NCBI RefSeq assembly: GCF_006345805.1
Contig: NW_021834133.1
Location: 1 to 26,846 of the forward strand
Direction of reading: 5' to 3'
DNA length: 26,846 nt
Source: Octopus sinensis
Taxonomy: Eukaryota
Translations under genes and position numbers: made by a program
Shown here: piece by piece, positions 21,985-26,846 of the stretch
How the letters are laid out: each line of letters begins with the position of its first letter
How positions within the stretch are numbered: position 1 is the stretch's first letter
Notes under the pieces: model-generated
What the model was told of the DNA's origin: nothing
The model's database searches: none
Seen by the model: only the letters and a program-made list of their open reading frames with translations

Positions 21985-22448
21985 GACGTATACATACATA
22001 CATATATTTACATCAACATAATAAATATACCATAACGTATACGTGCATACAAATATATTTAAACACTGTCTGGTGTATAGAATATTAAAATAAGAAGAGT
22101 GTACAATAAATTAATATTATATAATTAATTGTAATATAAATGTATACTTTAAAAAATATTTAAAAATTTGAAAAAAATAATTTAAATATGAAAAATAATT
22201 AAAAATGAGTAAACATTTTACTTCGACAAAATTTAAATTTAAATTTGTAAAACAGTCGAAGTCTGTCTTAAAAGTCGAAATATGAAGGCGAAATATATGT
22301 ACCCGCATTGTAATACAACCCCCCCCCCAAAAAAAAAAACGTCTATATATCAGGTGTAAAACTAAATTCAAGTGCGAAAGTCAAAAAGCAATTTTTCGAA
22401 AGTCAAAAGTTTTTACCCATACGGTATTTTCTCAATTGACATTTGAAA

Positions 22449-24300
22449 TCACGTAGCGTGCCTGCAGGAATTTTAAAATTCTCATCTTTGCATTTCATTT
22501 ATATTTTATGTTCTCCATGTTATGTTCTCCATATGGTGCTGCTTTTTCCAAAATTGTCCAGCTGGTATTGAAAGGACGGGTATGAATTTCTTCCATTTGC
22601 TAGACATGTTTTATAAGATTTGTTGCTGTCCTATTTTCGGGGTATCGGAAAGAATTTTAGTGGGAGTAACAATGTTGAATTAAAATTCCGAAGCCCCTGT
22701 GTATGTTTTTTTTAATTTTGTGAACCATCAATTTGCACATTAGCTCTATAAACTATTCCTTTTTCAAGACAATTTCCTTCTAATGAGCAGCAAGTCTTAT
22801 CTTTGAAATTGCAATTCTTCTGGTTAAATTCGGCACTAGAGTTGCTTGTAATGATTTTTGTGTTATGCTGATTAATAAAAGTAGCGAAGTTTTCGCAACA
22901 AGACAAGCAGTGTTCTATTAAAAATTCTATAGAACTTATGGTCAGTTTGAAAATGTTTAGAAACTAGTTTTAAGAATTCTCTTCCTATATTTGTTATTAC
23001 GGCAATATTAAATGCAGGATTAAACCACAAAACTTTCCTAGATCTAGTTCTACGTGGTCTATTATTACTAGAAGTAGTTTGACTATACTAGATCTTCTCC
23101 GAGGATCAACTGTTCCTTAATGCATTATTATAATACGGCGCGGCATTTTGAAATGTTGTCTCATGGATGATATGCGTTTTCATATATTACTAACTAGGTT
23201 CTTAAGAATTGCGGGTGGATGATTTAATTCTTTGTTTATATAAAATAGCTTTTCATTGGGCAAAAATTTATCTCATTGCAAATCTAAGTTAATATCTAAA
23301 AAAAATCTACGTTATTGAGTTTACTTTCTATCATTATCCGTAAGCCCAGTTTTTGGAAGCAAGTAATCATATTCTTCCTAAGTTTATCTAATTCTTGGCC
23401 GTTTAAATTACGGGTGACAATAAGACCATCATCCCTGTATAATCCTGCAACTACAAAAGAGAATTTAAAGATACAGGTTATGCAAAATATAAGCTCCTAT
23501 CAGCATATACAACTCCTCCCCATAATATGCTTCTATCGGTACATCGAATAGAGAATCCTCGCCCTTTTTAACCGAGGTAGAATTATCGTAAAATTGGAGG
23601 GATTTTCTTGCATGCAGGACAATATATAAATCCGAGTTATCGATGGTGACATACTGCTTGGCGAAGTCTAATGCTTTAAAAAGTAAAAGCCTTGATATTG
23701 ATGGGTAAAAATCGATAAAATCGAACTGCGCAAATTTGCAGTTGCGTTTATGGGTAATTCCTTTGAACCAATCTACTACTGACTTACTACTTCCCTGAAT
23801 CCGCAAATCTAATTCTCTATTAAACTTAAAATAAAATCTAAAATATTTTTGCCAATAATGCTTATTTCAGTTTTAGTTGGGTTAATAGTCTACATTTAGG
23901 GTTTCTATTGAAATTTGCTTTGTGGTCCTTCAGGGTAATAAAGGGTTGGCATGGGGGAGGTATTCTATCCTATCACTAACTTTTATGACTGTTAGCAATC
24001 CTTCTTGCTTCCAAATTCACCTCTTTGTATAAATTCGTGCTATCTTTTTAGCAGGTGTCTGTAATGCTATTCGAAAGAAGGCGTTTATAAACGTTTTTAT
24101 CAACTTTTTTTGCTTTGTCAGAGTTTACGAAGATCTTAGTCGAGATCTTTATCTTTCTGATCTTCTCTTTCACATCTTTCTGGAGTAGATTGTTGAATTT
24201 GCGGAATTTTATTCTTCTAAGCTCGAAAAAGTATTCTTCAAAAGCTCCTAATTCCGAAATATGTGTTTGTTTTTTTAGAAGATGTAAGGCCATATACACA
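22449..24300 (-). mobile_element. Penelope-like retroelement (RT plus C-terminal GIY-YIG; Naiad-type), pseudogenised
   Basis: Ordered minus-strand motifs across frameshifts: ELGAFEEY..IKFRKFNN; FITLKDHKANFNRNPKCRL; FAQFDFIDFYPSIS; HARKSL; GLYRDDGL (YRDD 23439-23428); NHPPAILKNL; APYYNNALRNS; RKVLWFNP..TNIG; KHF..HK..IFNR; CNFKDKTCCSLEGNCL..IVYRANV; TYTGASE; SWTILEKAAPY; terminal SCRHAT* (TGA 22451-49). Confidence 0.92.
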
Positions 24301-24748
24301 TACACACACGCCCACGGATATTATGTATGTAAGTATATATATGCTTACATTTGTATGATGTATTATGCACTTTTTTATTTTTATTTACGTGAAGTCTTCT
24401 TGTAAGGAAGTAGCTGGTTTCCAACCATGATATTCAGCTTCGTCGTTGGAGTATATGCAACAACAGTCATGTCACATTTCAAACTTCAGAAAAGCCTTGC
24501 ATATTTTTACTCTCCTCTTTATAGGTTGACTCTGTAATGGATATGTTAGCTGCTTGATTTACTTTTCTGAAAATACTTGGGCATCTGTTAACAAATGGAC
24601 GTGCACCAAGTATCATTGTTGGAAATATTAATTTATGAATTTATTATGTAGATATATTTAACTGAAGATTTTGAAGTAGTTGTCCATTGTTATCCTCCTT
24701 CACTTGATTTTTGTATGCATGTATAATTTAATCAATACGTAAACCAAT

Positions 24749-25060
24749 GAAGGCGCATGGCTCAGGGGATAGAGCGTCGAACTTACGACTGTGAGGTTGT
24801 GAGTTCGAATCCCGGTGCGGGCTGCGTGTTGTGTTCTTGAGCAAGACACTTTATTTCATTTTGCTGCAGTTCACTCAGCTGTAGAAACGGGTTGCGACGT
24901 CACTGGGACCAAGCTGTATCGGCCCTTGCCTTTCCCTTGGATAACATTGGTGGCGTGGAAAGGGGAGGCCGGTATGCATGGGCTACCGCTGGTCTTTTAT
25001 AAACACCCTTGGCCGGATTTGTACCTCTGAGGGTAACATTCTAGGTGCAATCCTATGCAT
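24749..25060 (+). mobile_element. tRNA-derived SINE with CORE-like block and RTE-5'UTR-like body
   Basis: GAAGGCGCATGGCTCAGGGGATAG (A box), GAGTTCGAATCC (B box), TTGAGCAAGACACTT, then CCAAGCTGTATCGGCCCTTGCCTTTCCCTTGGATAACATTGGTGGCGTGGAAAGGGGAG. Confidence 0.88.
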
Positions 25061-25152
25061 TCATTTATATAAATATGCATACTTGAGTATCTGCGTTTCT
25101 TTGTATGTGTGTCTGTTCATGTGTGCACGCATGTGTATGCAGTAATACACGT

Positions 25153-25790
25153 AACTATGACATGTTTCATACTGACAGAAAAGTATGATGCTATGGAGGA
25201 GTTGCCACGTACATCCGTGAAGACGTTTTTAATTTAACCCTGTCGTCGTTATCTATCATGATCTGTGATACACTCGAAATATTTAATAAAGCAGTTTAAC
25301 CTGATGATATGCATTCTATACCGTCCATCTGGCTCTCATCAAATTACGATGTGGAAATATTGAGGAAAGCCATAAAATGATAAAAGTTGTGCTATTGAAC
25401 CTAGATCAAAGCATTAATATATATTTAATAAGCGACATTACCTTCCGCAAAATCACATAACCCCAAAATGGCGTAACCTAAAGAAAGATACTCACAGAAC
25501 AGCATGAAGCAAAATCCTTAGCTGATCTCACGAATACTATGTTCAAGGAAGAAATAATACTACACCCGACCAGGAACAACGACATCCTAGATTCTGCTCC
25601 TCCAATAACGTGAAGGTTATCCGCTATGGATTTCTAACGATTTACTCCGACAATGGCTTAGCAGAACTAATAATGTATGTTCAGAAACCACTTGAAGATA
25701 TATACCGGAAAATATCCAGCTGGGGCTTCTACTACGCTGAGTGATAATCATTTACAAACGAGATACACGAACAAAATTATTACAAAAGTA
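25153..25790 (+). pseudogene. decayed apurinic-like (APE) endonuclease of a CR1/L2-group LINE ORF2
   Basis: Ordered relics: NYDMFHTDRKV*CYGGVATYIRED (cf. YxxFRxDR..GGGVAxYI), LMICILYRPS (cf. YRPP), LISDITFRKIT* (cf. GDFNxPxIxW), HPTRNNDILD (cf. PTRxNNILD), LSDNH (cf. SDH). Confidence 0.7.
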
Positions 25791-25901
25791 TTTTTATAAA
25801 AGAGATTTTACATAAAAACATGATTTCATCTGTGAGGTATAAATGCCTGAAAAGGCGAAACATATGTAGTATATTTGTGTAAAGATCTTTCGAATTCGAT
25901 T

Positions 25902-25984
25902 TCATCTATCTATCATCTATCTATCTATCTATCTATCATCTATCTATCTATCTATCTACCTATCTATCTATCTATCTATCTATC

Positions 25985-26082
<98 letters not shown>

Positions 26083-26089
26083 ATCTATC

Positions 26090-26175
<86 letters not shown>

Positions 26176-26182
26176 CTATTTA
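25902..26182. repeat. (TATC)n microsatellite, about 70 units with ATC interruptions
   Basis: Directly visible. Confidence 0.97.
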
Positions 26183-26445
26183 TTGACGGATGTGATGTCG
26201 TTTCAGCTTCGAAGGTAATCATTTATTTTGACTATTTATAGGCCAATTTTTGTGTAGATTTTTGCAAATAAGGTGTGTAAGGCAACCAACTTTCATTTGA
26301 GTGCTTTTCCAAGGGAGGAATTCGCCCCTAGGGGCAGTTTCGACCCCATTTCATTTCTGTTATTTTCTTCTCGACATTAGAAAATGTCTAGAAATTTTAT
26401 TGTTGAACGCTGGTCGCGTTCTTTTATGGAACAAAATTTTCCTAG

Positions 26446-26846
26446 TCTGGAAACGACAGAGAAAAAAAGAACGTTCGCACGGAAAATGCCAACGTGAAAT
26501 TCGGTGAAAGGAACGCTGCAACCACGTGCGTTAACAGCCCTGTCACCACCGCCACCACCACCACTAACAACAGCAACCACGAGACAACAACTGCTACCAC
26601 CACCACCTCCACCACCACCACTACCACGACCAACATAAATGATAAAAATAAAACTGAAACGAAAACTATTGACAAAAACAACAGCAACAACAAGAACAAC
26701 AATAAAAATGAACTATCTAATAGTGAAGATGCCAATACAAAAAATTTCGCAGATATTCTTCGCCAGAAAAAGGAGATTGTTACATTCACAAATGAAGAGC
26801 TCATAGAAACAAGAGCTCTCTTTACAACCCGTGGACAAGATTTAGT
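26446..26846 (+). CDS. open frame of 133 or more codons with poly-Thr/Asn tracts, running off the window (host exon or retroelement ORF1 N-terminus)
   Basis: SGNDREKKNVRTENANVKFGERNAATTCVNSPVTTATTTT...NELSNSEDANTKNFADILRQKKEIVTFTNEELIETRALFTTRGQDL with no stop; preceded by TTTTCCTAG| (acceptor-like, TAG in frame). Confidence 0.5.

Noticed and set aside
26442-26804. 120-aa Val/Leu-rich minus-strand ORF
   Set aside because: It is the antisense shadow of the (ACC)n/(AAC)n tract; the plus-strand frame is the better candidate.

Overview
AT-rich, microsatellite-dense metazoan intergenic or intronic DNA with no complete host gene. The SINE repertoire and (TA)n/(TAGA)n/(TG)n load suggest an octopod cephalopod (inference). 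Most ORFs in the supplied track are microsatellite artefacts. Real content: (1) about 9 tRNA-derived SINE copies from about 4 families; (2) a 2.24-kb L1/Tx1-like insertion (5851-8087, minus) that splits a SINE head, has a perfect 15-bp TSD, encodes only a disrupted ORF1/gag-like protein with a CCHC knuckle, and has no RT; (3) a 216-bp mariner-type MITE; (4) a short RTE-like element without ORF between two (CATA)n tracts; (5) a near full-length, frameshifted Penelope-like element (RT plus C-terminal GIY-YIG, Naiad-type; 22449-24300, minus); (6) a cluster of hammerhead ribozyme motifs beside it: a complete-looking type I hammerhead (21679-21753, +), a decayed inverted twin (21271-21346, -) and a degenerate minimal one with the same near-palindromic stem III (19974-20019, -); (7) a decayed LINE AP-endonuclease relic; (8) a Thr/Asn-rich open frame running off the right edge that the ORF track missed. 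All family names come from recalled motifs, not database searches.
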